Below are positions 12,580 through 26,102 of a stretch of 64,000 nt of DNA, in pieces (the stretch's first letter is position 1; the number at the start of each line of letters is the position of its first letter). The translations under genes and the position numbers were made by a program. The notes under the pieces were generated by a model. That model saw only the letters and a program-made list of their open reading frames with translations, was not told the origin of the DNA and did not search any database. Location of the stretch: positions 36,518,001 to 36,582,000 of the forward strand of contig CM114271.1 in assembly GCA_050084515.1 (NCBI GenBank), written 5' to 3'. The stretch comes from Blasia pusilla. Its lineage: Eukaryota.

Positions 12580-14751
12580 TAACACCACCAAATAGACCAC
12601 GATTAGTGGGTAATGTTTTTGGAGGCGATTACCATCACTTAGGAAAAAGACAAGCCTCAAAAGAGCGAGAAAAAGGCCATGGATCTCAATCCGCTCCAAC
12701 ATCAAGGAGGATCAAAGGATAGTGGGAATAAATCAAGAGGCCCAAATTTCCTACAAAGTTTTGAGCAAATGAAACATTCAATGAGGTAAACGATCAAGAT
12801 GAAGGATTTGGAGATAAAACGCCATTTGGCGAGATATTTTGTCCTAATATTCTTGGCAACTCATTGGAGAAGCTTGACCTTGGAGGGCCCAACATCCAAG
12901 TTGATGGGCCAAAGGAGTGTTATATCTACCTAATTTTATTTTTTAAGAATTAGGGTTCAAAATAGGAAATTAGGGTTAGAATGAGGATGATTAAAGTAAA
13001 TTATAAATTCATAAGATGGAAAATTTTGTGGAAATGTAAATATGAGTCAAGAAGATTCAGATTGGAAGTTAAGAAGATGGTGTATGAAATGGATTATTAG
13101 GATAGGACAAAGAGGTTGAAGAAGACGAGGACTTGTCCTAGAGGAAGGATGAAATTATTGGGTACAATCTTCAAGAAGATAGAAAAGGGAAGACAGAAAT
13201 GAAGATGAAGATACTTTATCTTCGTAATGAAGACACCTTAACGAGGACTAGTCTATTATGAAGACCAAGGGTCTTTGTAACAAAGATTGAAGACTTACTT
13301 AAAAATGAATATCCAGGTAGGAAAGAGGTAGTTAGGCTATCAAAAGACGCGTCCGTCGAGGGAGCTTTCAAGAGGGATACCGTTAGAGCCGATCCATTTG
13401 GTGGGATCAAGGTTGGACCAAGATAAACCTTGATTAGGTAGTTAGAAAGATCCCAGGGATAACCTAAGTACAAAATAATGCTTGACATCTAGAGGAAGGA
13501 CCCTATTGTGGTGTATTGAACAAGAACTCTGAGTAGAGGAAATCATCATCTTTGTAGTACGTTGAGAGGCTATTAGAGTGATACAAGCTTAAGAGGAGTT
13601 GATCCTTGATTTTTGTAGTCGTTTGAAGTTCCCATACATCTTTGATGAGATAATAAAGTGTTCCATGTCCTCATTGTGATGTGTGGAGATGACAGTCCTG
13701 ATTGGATCCGCAAAATACGATGAATGCATGCTTGTAAGTTATGTAGAGAAAGATTACAATGATTGAGACATATGAAATCTATTAGAAAGAGAGTAACATG
13801 TGAATACAGATTAAGTTATTATAGTAGGGTGAGCCGTCTCACTGCTGCGGAATCATCTTCATGATTCTTTCTTATAAGGCATAGTTAATGGTCATCAGAA
13901 ACACCTATTTATCGCACTTGAGAAGATGATGGAATGGGAATTTTTTTGTTCTTCTTGCATGGGTTGTAGATAGTGAATATGAAGAGTCCTGAGCTTTGGG
14001 GAAATAGATTATCAAATTAAAAATTTCCTTGATAGATATTTACTTCAGGAGAGAAATGTAATCTTCTTGGGGAACGAACTATATACATGATTATCAAAAC
14101 ATTGAATTCAAAAATTAATCAGGAATCAAGAGGAGTTATTTCCAATTAAGTAGAGGGTAAGTGGGGCTATCCAAAGAGGAGTCGTGGGATCTTACTGTTC
14201 GTGAGCTTTAGTAAGGTCCAACAGGCCATCTTCAAGGCAACACTTTTAAGGATAGACTATAAACCTAGATGGACTATGTAGTTGGGGAGACCATGAATGC
14301 TTGTAGTTGAACTTAGGTCTCATCGCTAAGGTACCAATTGGGAGATGTGAGGAAGAAGTTACACGTTTATAGGAGCAAGATGGATATCAAACGTCTCAAT
14401 CGATGGGCAATTAAGGTAGAGCACGTGTATAGAACTTACAATGTTCCTAAGGGTAGATCAAGAGTCAAAGCCTCCTTGAAGTTAGAGGCATAAGCACTCA
14501 CACGATATCAAGAATTTTAGAAGGATCAAAATACTAGTGATCTAGATTCAAGGCTAGATTGGGTATGTTCACATTTAAGGTGATGATTAGCACCCTAGGA
14601 TTAAGCACACTAAGCAAGGATGCGGTTGCAGCAGATGTAGTTGGAAGGCTCAATTATGAGTTTCATTGCACAAATTCAAGAGACATAAGAAGCGATCAAC
14701 ACAGCTTAGAAAGCTTAAGATGGACATTGATATTATGACTCACCTAATGGC

Positions 14752-15053
14752 CATGGTTGCACGAGAATGGACAAGTTTGTCCCTAAGACGGACATGGATT
14801 GCAAGATATGGGGCCCACACTTATAATTCATGGTGGAAGGCAGGGCCGAGGTGGGCAAGGCAATAAGGGTGAAGGGAGTGGATATATGTGGGGGGAGGAA
14901 GAAATGGGAAAGTATGGAATATAGAGGCAAGTTGGGGGAATGAGAAAGAAGGGGGAGGTGAGGCCTACATAGACAAGTCCTTCCATAGGACGGACTTTAG
15001 TCCTCGGACATGGGCATGTTTGCGGAAACAAAATTTTCCCATATTTAACCTTG
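14752..15053 (-). mobile_element. hAT-type MITE
   Basis: Termini CATGGTTGCA...TTTAACCTTG; 8-bp TSD CTAATGGC / CTAATGAC (7/8). Confidence 0.85.
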
Positions 15054-15289
15054 CTAATGACGTGTGACCCAAGTCTTGACATGAGAGACACATGGTCCCA
15101 ATTACAAATTCAAGAGCAGATTTGGTAGATAGACAAGAGGAAAACCAAAGAGATAATACCACGATGAGTTTTAGAACCCAAGGTGTTCAAAGCTTAGCAA
15201 GTGCATTATTCCAAGCTAAAGGGGCAATTACAAGAAAGGTTGGGTTGTTGGCGCCACAAAGAGTAAAATTAGTCATCCAATGAGAGGAT

Positions 15290-15631
15290 GTGGACCAGGT
15301 AAGAGGGTCTAGTGACTTAGCCTTAAGTGGGATTGATAGGGAGCCTTCGGGAAACAAGTTGAGGGAAGGTGACAAACCTTTACATGATACACCTACGGAT
15401 TCTATTGAATTCCAATTTATGATTGATGTACTTATTGGAGGAAAATTTGTGGTTTCTTTGATTAACACAAGTGTGCCATGTGATTTCCTAGATTATAAGG
15501 CAATTGAGAGGTTGGGAGTGCCAATAATCTACATGGAGAAATCCCAAGTTGTGATCTATGAGGACAGATGCTCGGGAACCATCTCGAGCCAAGCGTTTGA
15601 AATCAAGATGGTGATTCTAGATGGTAGTTGA
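15290..15631 (+). pseudogene. Degenerate retrotransposon aspartic protease
   Basis: IDVLIGGKFVVSLINTSVPCDFLDYKAIERLG resembles the retropepsin pattern (ALIDTGA..NF....A..LG) with the catalytic Asp mutated. Confidence 0.5.
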
Positions 15632-16545
15632 GTTAAGTGCTAGGGAAGATTTTCCAGTATGTAGCTTAGGTGGAATAGATGCAATTTTATCACGTATATT
15701 TTTAGTAGACATGCCCCGATAGTGATTAGATTTGTCACGTCTTCTATGATAGATCGATGAGATCTAGTAGAGCGTCTTTGCGACTAGTGGAATCTATGCT
15801 CAAGAGGTCAAGGATAACCTATTGAGGCCTCGGGAAACCTAAGAGAGCAGGTTTTCCCTTCGTTTCGGCTTATTGGAGCCATATTGAGGAACTTACTATT
15901 TTAGTTATGTACAGTTTTGAGTATATGGTCATTTTTCTATTTTTGGTAAGTATCCCTTGACCTCCTACATTAGGTCAAGAGCCAAGGAGATGACTTGGGA
16001 GCATAGGTTATCATGGAGAGAGCTTGGGAGAGGGGAAGGGTATACCTCAAGGAGAGAGAGCTTGAGAGCTCATTCTCTATTTGTTGAACCTTTTGGCATG
16101 AGGCGGCGGAGCTATGGTGTTTCTTGCCTTGTGTGTGTATAACCTAAGCCTCTCATTAGAAGAGTGGGTTTGGTTTGACATTGAGAGAGACATGTGAGAG
16201 TGCACACATTTGAGAGCTATGGTGTTGAGAGAGATTGGATCTTGATTTAATTGGAGATCTTTCGGTACTTCCTGTCTCGTTTTTTGGATGTCATGAGTAA
16301 GCATAGGATCGTGCGTGTTTGTGTGTGTGTTTGGTGATAGCGATGTATGTTGTGTAGCGATGTGTATGCGCATGACAAATCAACCAAAGATTTATTTTGC
16401 TTTGTGATGGAAATATCATGAGGATTCTTGAAATTCAAGGGAAATTTTCACATTCTTGTGAGTAGAAAAAATGTGACTAAATCACTAAAATATATTAGAA
16501 ATCTTAAAGATACAAAATTGTTTAGTTTTTTTATGTGCATATAGT

Positions 16546-16819
16546 AATGGTTGCTAAAAAATGAACAAATTCGTCCATAGGACCAACATGGACGGACACG
16601 TTTGGACATATCCACTAACATGGATTACAAAAGGTAAGGCCCATATTTATGTTTCATTGTGCAAGGTAGGGCAAGGGCGGACGGGGAAATAAGGGGGGAA
16701 GGAAGAAATGGGAATGTGCGGAACATGAAGGCAAGTGGGAGGGTGAGAAAGAAGCTGGAGTTGGGGCCCACACGGACAAGTCCTTTCATAGGAATGACGA
16801 AAGTCCATATGTAACCTTG
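16546..16819 (-). mobile_element. hAT-type MITE inside copia LTR
   Basis: Termini AATGGTTGC...TGTAACCTTG; reverse complement of the family core. Confidence 0.75.
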
Positions 16820-16840
16820 CCATCAAAGCTCTACTATGAG

Positions 16841-17169
16841 CAAGGTTGCATATGGAAAATTTCCATATTTACAGACATGTCAATGTCTATGGACTTACAT
16901 CCGTCGTATGGAAGGATTTGTCTATGTGGGCCCCATATCCATCTTCTTTCTTATCCCTCCATGTGCCTCTATGTTTCACACTTTCTCGTTTCTTCCTTCC
17001 CCCATCTCTATTCCCTCCCCTGTTATCGTCCCGCCCATCCCTACCTTGCCTTTCACTATGAGTTATAAGTGTGCGCCCCATCTCTTGCAATCCATGTCCG
17101 TGGAAATTTCCACTCTTTTCCGTCCATGTCCGCCCTAGGAACGGACTTGTTTGTCTTTCTACAACTATG
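16841..17169 (+). mobile_element. hAT-type MITE inside copia LTR, inverted relative to its neighbour
   Basis: Termini CAAGGTTGCA...TACAACTATG; family core present. Confidence 0.75.
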
Positions 17170-19774
17170 TTTCATGGAACTTGAATGTGGACATAAATCG
17201 GCATACGAGAATGCGCTACTATTGTGGCTCCCTTACTATTTGACTACTCGTAAAATTATGGTTTTGACCTATTTTCTTCATTTCTACTAATAGAAAAACA
17301 TAGCATGAAACTACCTCATATCTTGATGCAATAGAGGGTTAGATCATCCTACTCATGCTATTCCATAAACCATTTGTGTCATATTACTATAACTCCTTCG
17401 ATGTCTAAGTTGAAACCATCGATATGGGCTTCTTATCGTAGAAGTGGGCCGATTAAATTAATGGTGCACAATAAGAAATGTTGAAAATAAACATCCTCCC
17501 TCAATATCTACTCTCTTGGACTAATGCCAAGATCCTGCAAATGTTGCTGAAGTTGATCTCCACTCAAAGCTTTGATGAAGATGTCTGCAACGTAATCCTC
17601 TTTTGGACAATAGGCTACCTTCAACTCCTCCTTCCTGATCAACTTATAGAAAAAATGATATTGGGTCTCTATATGCTTTGTACGAGCCTAAAACATAAGA
17701 TTATGTGTTATGTCAATGTAACTCTGATTGTCATATCACATTACAATAATAATTTTTTGACGCTTCTCCTATATCCATCTTAACCATATTGCTTCTCTGC
17801 CTTGATAAAAGAAAGAGCGATTGTAGGTTGCTTTTGGTTGATCCATAATACCATACTTGATCCTATGAAGAAGCAATAATCCAAAACCTATATCTGAGAA
17901 TATGACTAACATGCCTAATCCAAGTCACAAAAGCATGTAATCTTTGTCCTTGCTCCATAGGTGATGATGTAGTCGATAGTTCCTTTAATTTACTTCAACA
18001 TGTGCATCCTTTCCTTCCAATGATTCTCACTAGGCTTAATTAGTTGAAAACCTACTCAAAACATCCACACTGAAACTAATGTCTGGTCTTGTGTCACACA
18101 AAAATATAAAAATGTCCACTATTCTTCTATACATCTTTTAACCTACCAATAGTGAAACATACTCCATTGAGAGTTTCAAATCTACCTCCAATTGCAAGGA
18201 AACTTCCTTACACTGGGTCATCTCAAATGCTTTCAAGATCCCTCTAGCATTGTTTTGTTAAGAAAGAAAAAATAGAATCTAACTGTTGCCAACTCTCGAG
18301 ATTGATAAAGTAATATAAAAGACCTAAATCTTACATTTCAAACCGAAATTTCAACACTTCCTTCATTACCTCTACTATGATCTCTTGTCATGATAAGATC
18401 ATCTACCTAAAGGATGCTCAACATATATATCCCATAAAACACGTACATATTTGCTTGTGAGGGACTTTTGGTGAGATCCATTTCTATGAGGAATGTGTCT
18501 ATTCGTTGATACCGTACCCTTGAGGCTTGCTTTAACCCATACAATGCTCGATGATGCATACATAATTTCTCTTTTAGTCCATGTGTCTCAAAACTTGGTG
18601 GTTGAGACATATATATATTTGCTTCTTCAGACTTCCATTCAAAAATATGTGCTTCACATCATACTGGTACACAAGCCACCATCTTGTTTCCATAACTGCT
18701 AGAAGAATTCAAATGGTTGTCAAATTCATCATGTGAAGCTTTTGTACCTTCTTTCCTATCTCATTCTCAACCAGCTTATGCCATCATTTAAATTTTTGAA
18801 AAGATCTTACCTTATCCCAAAGGAAATACACCCACACCTTCTTACTATGATCGTCTAAAACTAAAAGAAAGTGGGAAGAACTAAATAGTAGCACAATTCA
18901 TATTTTAACACATACGTCATCATGTATTAGCTCTAGAGAAGCCTTTGCTCTATTGCTTGACTATTGTGGGAATTTTTGTTAGTATTGCTTGCCCATCATA
19001 CAAGCTTCACATACATCCAACACTTTAAAATTTTTTTGGTAAATCAATAACCATGTCAGATGTTTGCATCTAACTAAGTAGGATAAAGCTTAAGTGATAA
19101 AATCTCTCATGCCATAACTTACCAAAACAAAACTTCGTACCTACATTTGTTGTCAAAATATAAAATCCATAAATATTTCCATGATAAATACCTTTACCAA
19201 CTATTTTTCCATTGGCATCCTTAATGACTGCTATAATTTGTTGAAGCGAACTTCTTAGTTATGGTCATATAATATTGCAATTGAAAGAAATTGTGGTATG
19301 TAAAGTATATTAATTAATTTCTTTTTAACTTATTTTTGTGAGACTAAAGAAATTATCCCTTTCCCTTCTACTCGGCACTTTGCATTATTCCCAACAGTAA
19401 TAAGGATGAGCTCTAAGAAAGGCTGTAAGGAGCTGTGCCAATCCCTCTCATTGGTCATATCCTTATATGTTCCACTATTGAGCATAGATGCATCTTCACT
19501 CTTTGACTTAGTGAAATATTCTTCCTATGTGAAAACTCTTCAATTGCTACCCAAACATCTACCTTATGATCTTTCAGTTCTACACAATTTCCACACTCCT
19601 TCCTAGGTCTTAAGAACCCATTCTGCTCATCTTGACTTCTGTTTCTACAATCGTTGAGAAGATGATCTATCTAACCACAATAGAAGCATTTAAAGGCTTT
19701 CTTTGGAAATTTCTTCTTGACATTTGAACTATAATCTTGATTCCTTTCTATCTGTATGTTGGCAATAAACGCAA

Positions 19775-19975
<201 letters not shown>

Positions 19976-20683
19976 GCTTTGAAGCGCGTTTCTTGTGCTA
20001 CCAACATTTCACTAAATTGCTCAAAAGTCAGCGGAATTGGTCTTACTCGAGTATTCAACACTATGCAAGTTTCTATATTTCTACGATAGTGATACAACGA
20101 GATCGATATCACTAGTTGATAATAAACATGCAAAATTCAAAAAATCTTGTGGACTCGAATCGATCCATATGGCCACCTCCTAAATCTCAAATGATTTGAG
20201 GACTCATTATGAAATTCCACAGTGTATAGTTAGACCCATCTAACTTCCCTTTACCAAGTGGAGAAGAGTGAACACGAACTGACAAAGAAGTAGCTATCTT
20301 TTAAGAATTTGTGCAAACACAATAGACCGCCAAATATGAAATTGTAGAAAATCTATGGCTATGATACTATGTGAGAATAAAAAAAATGACTAAATCATTA
20401 AAATATATTAACACTCTTAAAGATAAAAAATGGCCTTATCTATTTGTGCACTCACGGTACGTAGAGCTTCAATAGAATTTGAACATGGAGATGACTCAAC
20501 TTACGAGAATACCGATATTATTGTGACACCCAATTAATTGACTACTTGAGAAGCTAGGGTTTTGATACATTTTCTTCATTTATATTAATAAAAAAATTTA
20601 TGCATCTCCTTATACAAGAGGGCCGATCAAATTAATGATGCACAATGAGAAGTGGATGTTGAGAATCCAAAAATCCTCATATT

Positions 20684-20990
20684 TTGAAGGTAAATCAATT
20701 AAGTAAAACATGTTGCTCACTTTATTTTTGCTATACAATTTTGAGTCCTAAAAAATATGGATCTACACAATTGTGTGTGGATTACAAGGTGTTGAACAGA
20801 AATACTATCATGAATAAGTATTTGTTGTTTTTGGTACATAATCACTTGTTTGAGATGGTGGCGGGTTTGAAGTATTTTTACCAAGATAGATCTAACGCAA
20901 GGGTATTAGCAAATCCAGACCACAAAAGGGGATGAACACAAACAAGCATTTAAGATGAGATTCAAACCCTATGCATTCGAGTATATGGAA
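20684..20990 (+). pseudogene. Ty3/gypsy reverse transcriptase N-terminal fragment
   Basis: PKKYGSTQLCVDYKVLNRNTIMNKY matches the gypsy RT pattern KK.G..R.CVDYR.LN..T..N.YPLP; GDEHKQAF follows after a frameshift. Confidence 0.75.
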
Positions 20991-21224
20991 AAGATTTTTA
21001 GATATTAGATTTTGGGCCAAAGTACATGAATATATATAAGGCTTTATACACTAATTCAAACTTTGGCGCAAACACACGCTGGAGGTAACATTTAACTAAT
21101 AAAATACTTAAATCAAAATCTGGTTATCTTAATAAACAGGTTTTATTAAAAAACTAATGCTAACACAGTTGTATTTTTTTATAACTTTAGTTTGCTAAAG
21201 TTTTTTACATTAAAGAAAACTTGG

Positions 21225-21270
21225 TTCATGATTCGGAACCATGAGCTCTAATCCACTGAGCTACAAACCC
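21225..21270 (-). pseudogene. trnR-CCG: 5' two-thirds of a tRNA-Arg(CCG), plastid trnR-CCG-like, lacking T arm and 3' acceptor strand (probable NUPT)
   Basis: Minus strand reads GGGTTTGTAGCTCAGTGGATTAGAGCTCATGGTTCCGAATCATGAA: D stem GCTC/GAGC, anticodon stem CATGG/TCATG, loop TT-CCG-AA. Plastid assignment is from memory of bryophyte plastome sequences. Confidence 0.8.
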
Positions 21271-21369
21271 TTAAGATATTTTTTCAATTTTCTTTTTTTG
21301 ATCTTATTTACATGCTCTATGATTATTCAATTTTAATTATCTAATTCATTGAAAATTTAGGGGGAAGGA

Positions 21370-22050
21370 TAAGAACCTTGATTTTACTAGCTTACAGTCT
21401 TTGATTTTCATTCTAAGATCTTATCGTGAGTAAAAGAAATGACCTTTAGAGTCAGAAGTGTAGAGTATGGCATCTTCCCTGAAAATCTAGGGAAACCTAT
21501 AGAAACTAAAACTTACTATCATACGAAATTTTCATCTTAATTTTTTTCTTAGTCCAAGTAGGAGATCCAAACCTAAGTTTTCATGAAAAGATCTTATAGG
21601 ACGTCGAAGAAATGACCTTAAGATTTTTAGAGAAATATGTCAATATTTATGGTGGACTAGGCTACCAACTCTCAACCCAACTAGAGGTTCTTGGTTTAAG
21701 TGAAAAATCATAATCTTTAATTTTCATTTTAAGGTTTCATCGCACATCAAAGAAATAACCTTGGAGATTTGGAATTCCAAGTGTAGAGGATTATTCCTTT
21801 AAAATTTAGGGCAAGGTGTAAAAAGCTAAGATATACTAGCCTACCAAGTTTTAGTTCAAATGGATGTTCTCGGTTGAAGAGAAAAATCCCAAATTGTAAT
21901 TTCATTAAAAAAGTCTCATTCTATGTTGAAGAAATCATCTCAGAATTTTTGGAGTCCAAGATTTTTGTGAGGTTATTTTCCTTGAAAATTTTAAATAAGG
22001 TGTACATAAATAAAATTGATTAGCCTAATATCCTTTTCTTCGAACTCTAT
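21370..22050. repeat. Degenerate tandem repeat, unit ~145-180 bp
   Basis: GAAATGACCTT-like anchor recurs at 21436, 21609, 21752 and 21931 with similar flanks. Confidence 0.55.
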
Positions 22051-22169
22051 GAACTCTTCCATTAAAACAACATTCTTCTTTTTAATGTACAATGAGCATT
22101 CCTTGATTACTTCTAATCTCACTTGAAGAGAAAAACTTCCAATAAAATCGAAAAAGATAGCAATAGTTA

Positions 22170-22740
22170 ATGAGTTGGTGGATAAAATTTAAAAAAGAGT
22201 TTAGCTTGTTAAGGAGAAGTTATATATTGCCCAAAATTGACTCAAAAAAATGTGGAAATGCTCAACGTCAAGATGTAGACTTTTATGAGGGGAAAAAAGT
22301 TTGGTTAGCAGCAACCAATTTATCATTAATAGATGTTTGTAAGCTTAATCCCCACTACATTGAACTTTTTTTCATTCTATATAAAATGGGCACCGTGACG
22401 TATAAGTTAGATCTATCAATGCAAATGAAAATCCATCATGTGTTTCATGTCTCTATTTTTCAACCATATTTTCTTATTCTATAATATTTAAGGATAATAT
22501 TTGTCCTCCATTATCTCAAATGATAGAAGATAATGAAGAATTTGAAGGAGGACATATCTTAAAGAAACGCGTTCGAGGAGCTCATCATCAAGAAGTTGAA
22601 AATTTGGTCCAATAGAAAAGAGGTCTATTAGTTGAGGCCATATAGAAACCATTAACCAACTTGGCTAATATACCATTCATAGTGCATTACTTTGAAAGCT
22701 CTCATAAAGAGGAGGTTTTCTCTTACATGGGGCAAGGTTT
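22170..22740 (+). pseudogene. Ty3/gypsy (chromovirus-like) integrase C-terminus with decayed chromodomain, then a PPT-like tract
   Basis: GKKVWL...VTYKLDLSMQMKIHHVFHVS, then EEFEGGHILKKR...LVQ* in another frame; GGGGCAAGG precedes TGTAACC at ~22740. Confidence 0.7.
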
Positions 22741-25185
22741 GTAACCATCAATTATTACTCATGGTTAAGTTAGAATCTATACGATATGGTGCGTAAGTGA
22801 GAAAGAACCCAAAAAAAAAGAGAAAAATAATAATATATGATAATGATGAGAGTGGACTCATAGGTTGGTAAAAATTGAGATAAGATGAGATTATGGATAG
22901 ATATGATAAAATGAGACAAGGACAATAGATTTTAAAGAAGATCCTCTCATGTTAGGGGAAGAGGCCACATGAGATAAGGATGGGTAGAGCTAATTTTTCT
23001 TCATTATACATATCTCTAAGTATATAAAAGAAGAGAAGAGGCCTTGAAGGACATTCTACCTTTGTGTAATTCTAGAGTGGTCTTATAAAGTGGAGAGTTA
23101 CACATATGATGGATTTAGAATTTAGCATTGGGATTTTGATACCAAGTCAAGATCTAGTCTAGTTTTGGATGCTCATCTTGGATCTTTACATAGATATTGA
23201 GTTTTGATTAGAGATTTATTCAAGATCCGTCGGGTAGTTGGGATCACCAAATACACTAGCATTGTTTCAATTCCCTAAGTATTAAGGAAATCTCTCCCAA
23301 GTCTTGAATGACTTTCTTATGTTGGAGGATAAGAGTTTAGGTTTACATTGACCATGTCTACAATTTTTTGAGCTTGATGAGTGATTTAAGACCTATATTT
23401 GGGAGATGCAAGGTTCGTTGATCCAAATCAGGAATAATGTGATTTTTTTGGATAAAGATCAATGAGGAGAGTGTGACTTGGCAAACACAAGCTTTCGCAA
23501 CACACAAGACCAATGTTAAAGGGAGTAGATGAATGACACTTCCTCCAACCATCCCCCCTTCCCCTCCGAACTATCCCCCCAAATAAAAATCCTAGATTTC
23601 TCATAATAATAGAGCCTATCCCATAACTCAAAATTTACTGAATTTACTCTTCACCAAACCAAGGAATTTTTGTTGTGTAATTGCTTGACTATATCAACTG
23701 CTACCAACTCAATTACTACCCATGCATGGCTAAGAGGGACTCTTGAAGCATGATCTACCATTTGGAGTTGATGTGGCTATAATTTCAATGAATATGCACG
23801 CTCTTGATTGAGGAAAGAAAATGATCAATGTGACCAATATGGATATGTTTAAAGAGAGAAAAAAATTCCTTAAACAAAAATTAGCCAAGTGGAAAAATAT
23901 GCAAAAAATAGATCACAAATACCAAGATATTCACAAAAGACTGAAAAGGGCATATCAACTACTCTTGGATTAAAACTTGCAGTCACTAGTGAGAGTTCAA
24001 AAGTTGGAGATGATAGCGGTGGTAGAAATAATTCATGTTTAAGGCAAGATTTAAGGATACCTTGATGTTCTCACATTAGAGGGTAAATCCATACATATTA
24101 TGAATCAAGTGGACATAGATGCGTATTCTGAGTCTGATTGGCAATTTATCATGATTTTAGATCGTAACTTTCTTGAGACTAGGTGGTAAACATGTATAGC
24201 ATATCTTGAGAATATTTGATTGATTTTACATGCTATAATTGGAATGTATTATATTTTCTTTTCTTTTGGGAATATGGATCTTGATCGCTGAAGTGTGTCT
24301 ATCAAGTACCATTCCCAAACAAGTTCTACAAAGACTTTGCGAGACAAAGCCATGAAGTTCCATTGTCCCATTGATTAGTTGATGCATAACTTGCTAGTTC
24401 AACTTGACGTTGACAAAAACCTTCTCAGTGTATGCCTAGTTAATGAATAAAATAATTTTAACCATCCTACATCTTGATGGTGGAAAAATACTACCATGTC
24501 CATTCCAAATTTTACCCAACTTAGAAATGTATATAGAGAACTACTTTTAGGAGAAGAGTTCGATAAGGTTGTGGATAAAATGGTTTTAAGATAAGAAGTA
24601 CTATGTTCTATCCAATCCTAGGTCATGAATGGTGGAGAAACCTTTAAATGATTTAGTGGAATCATATGATTGGAGGATTATTCTTTCATAACATCACCAT
24701 CATAATCTAGAAAGGAATGCAACAATTAGAGGAAGTATTATAGGTTCACATAGATTTACAAATTTTCCAATAACCATTTTATCGATTGTGTGAATGTTGT
24801 TTCTTTGCTTCTAAGAGGAAATGGTCAACCTTAAGACATATATTTTCCTTTATTAGAAAAACAACCAATTGTCTAACAAACTTGTGTTGTTAAAGATATA
24901 GAATTCACATTAATACACATGGTAATTTTTTAAAAATAACATTTGAAATTAAAAAATATTTTTCTTTATAAATGGATAGACATATATCACTGAAGAGTTA
25001 GAATTATATGGTCTATTCCACAGTGGTTCTAGAATGGAATTGAAACAAAAATTACATTCATAATATTAGAAATCTTAACAATCTCATTTAAAATGCTACA
25101 AATGTTTCAAAAATCTCCTCAAAATTACGTCATAATACTTTGTGAAGGATTAATCTTCCAAAATGCTCAAAGCATTCATGCCAAA

Positions 25186-26102
25186 AAATGGATTTTTTTT
25201 CTAACTTGGGACGTATGGATGGACCAAGATCAGGTTCTAAGTGAGGAAATCAAATGGAGCCAACCAATCATGCTTTCTTGAATATCTATGTAAAGATCTT
25301 TCTACAAGAAGAATTGGGTGTAAGAAACCAAACTCCGTATGCTATTCTTCTTGCGGAAACAAGTTTTCTTCCTCTAGAAGCTGAAGCTCTTTACTTGACC
25401 ATCACTTACATCGCAAGGGTGAGATCTCTTGATGTTTCTCGCCTCCCTCATCAAGCTTTGCGAGCCACACGTTCCATAGGGTGGATGACGGATGTGGTGA
25501 CTTGGTCTTCAAAGTGGAATGTGGCGGAACGCGATTGGGACTTGAAACCGATGGCCCTCCGTGAGCATCTACAGAAGCAATCTCTCAACATCATTTGGAG
25601 CAATCCGGGCACCAAAATGGAGTTTTATCAACTTCATGTTAATCCTATGCTTGTATATTATGAACAAGGATATCTACTTGCAGGGATCTCCACGTTCTTA
25701 CGACATATTATCGCAGGTCATAGAACTGGGTCTCATAGGCTAGGAATTGAGGAAGGACGATGGTTTAAAATTGATAGAAGTAAACGAATTTGTAGGTTAT
25801 GTGAGCGAGAAAATATTGAGGATGAAGAGCATGTGTTTGTTACATGTCCAAGGTATGAAGAGATAAGACTAGCTCATAAAATAGATGTGGAGAATTTATA
25901 TTCTTTACTACAGCTAGTGCCTTATGATTTAGGTTGTTATATTAGGGACGTCATCATTCATCGCTCAAGTGCTCTAGGCTGTAGCTAGGAGAAGGTCTTA
26001 AGGATCTTTTTCAAGGTCAGTGAATGAATGACTTGTAATGTGTTTTTCAGCCTTTTGACCCTTTGGATCCCACGGGCTTGATCTATTTACCATTTACCAT
26101 TT
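25186..26102 (+). mobile_element. 5'-truncated non-LTR retrotransposon (LINE): ORF2 C-terminus, 3' UTR and short-repeat tail
   Basis: 244-aa ORF 25254-25988 with RTGSHRLGIEEGRW...RICRLC...IEDEEHVF..CPRY (LINE C-terminal zinc-binding region). Tail ATTTACC repeated at ~26085-26100; candidate TSD ATGCCAAA at 25178-25185 and 26103-26110. Confidence 0.8.

Noticed and set aside
21225-21270. Functional nuclear tRNA gene
   Set aside because: T arm (B box) and 3' acceptor strand are missing.
21370-22050. CRISPR-like array
   Set aside because: Repeats are long and degenerate, lack constant-length unique spacers, and the context is eukaryotic with no cas genes.
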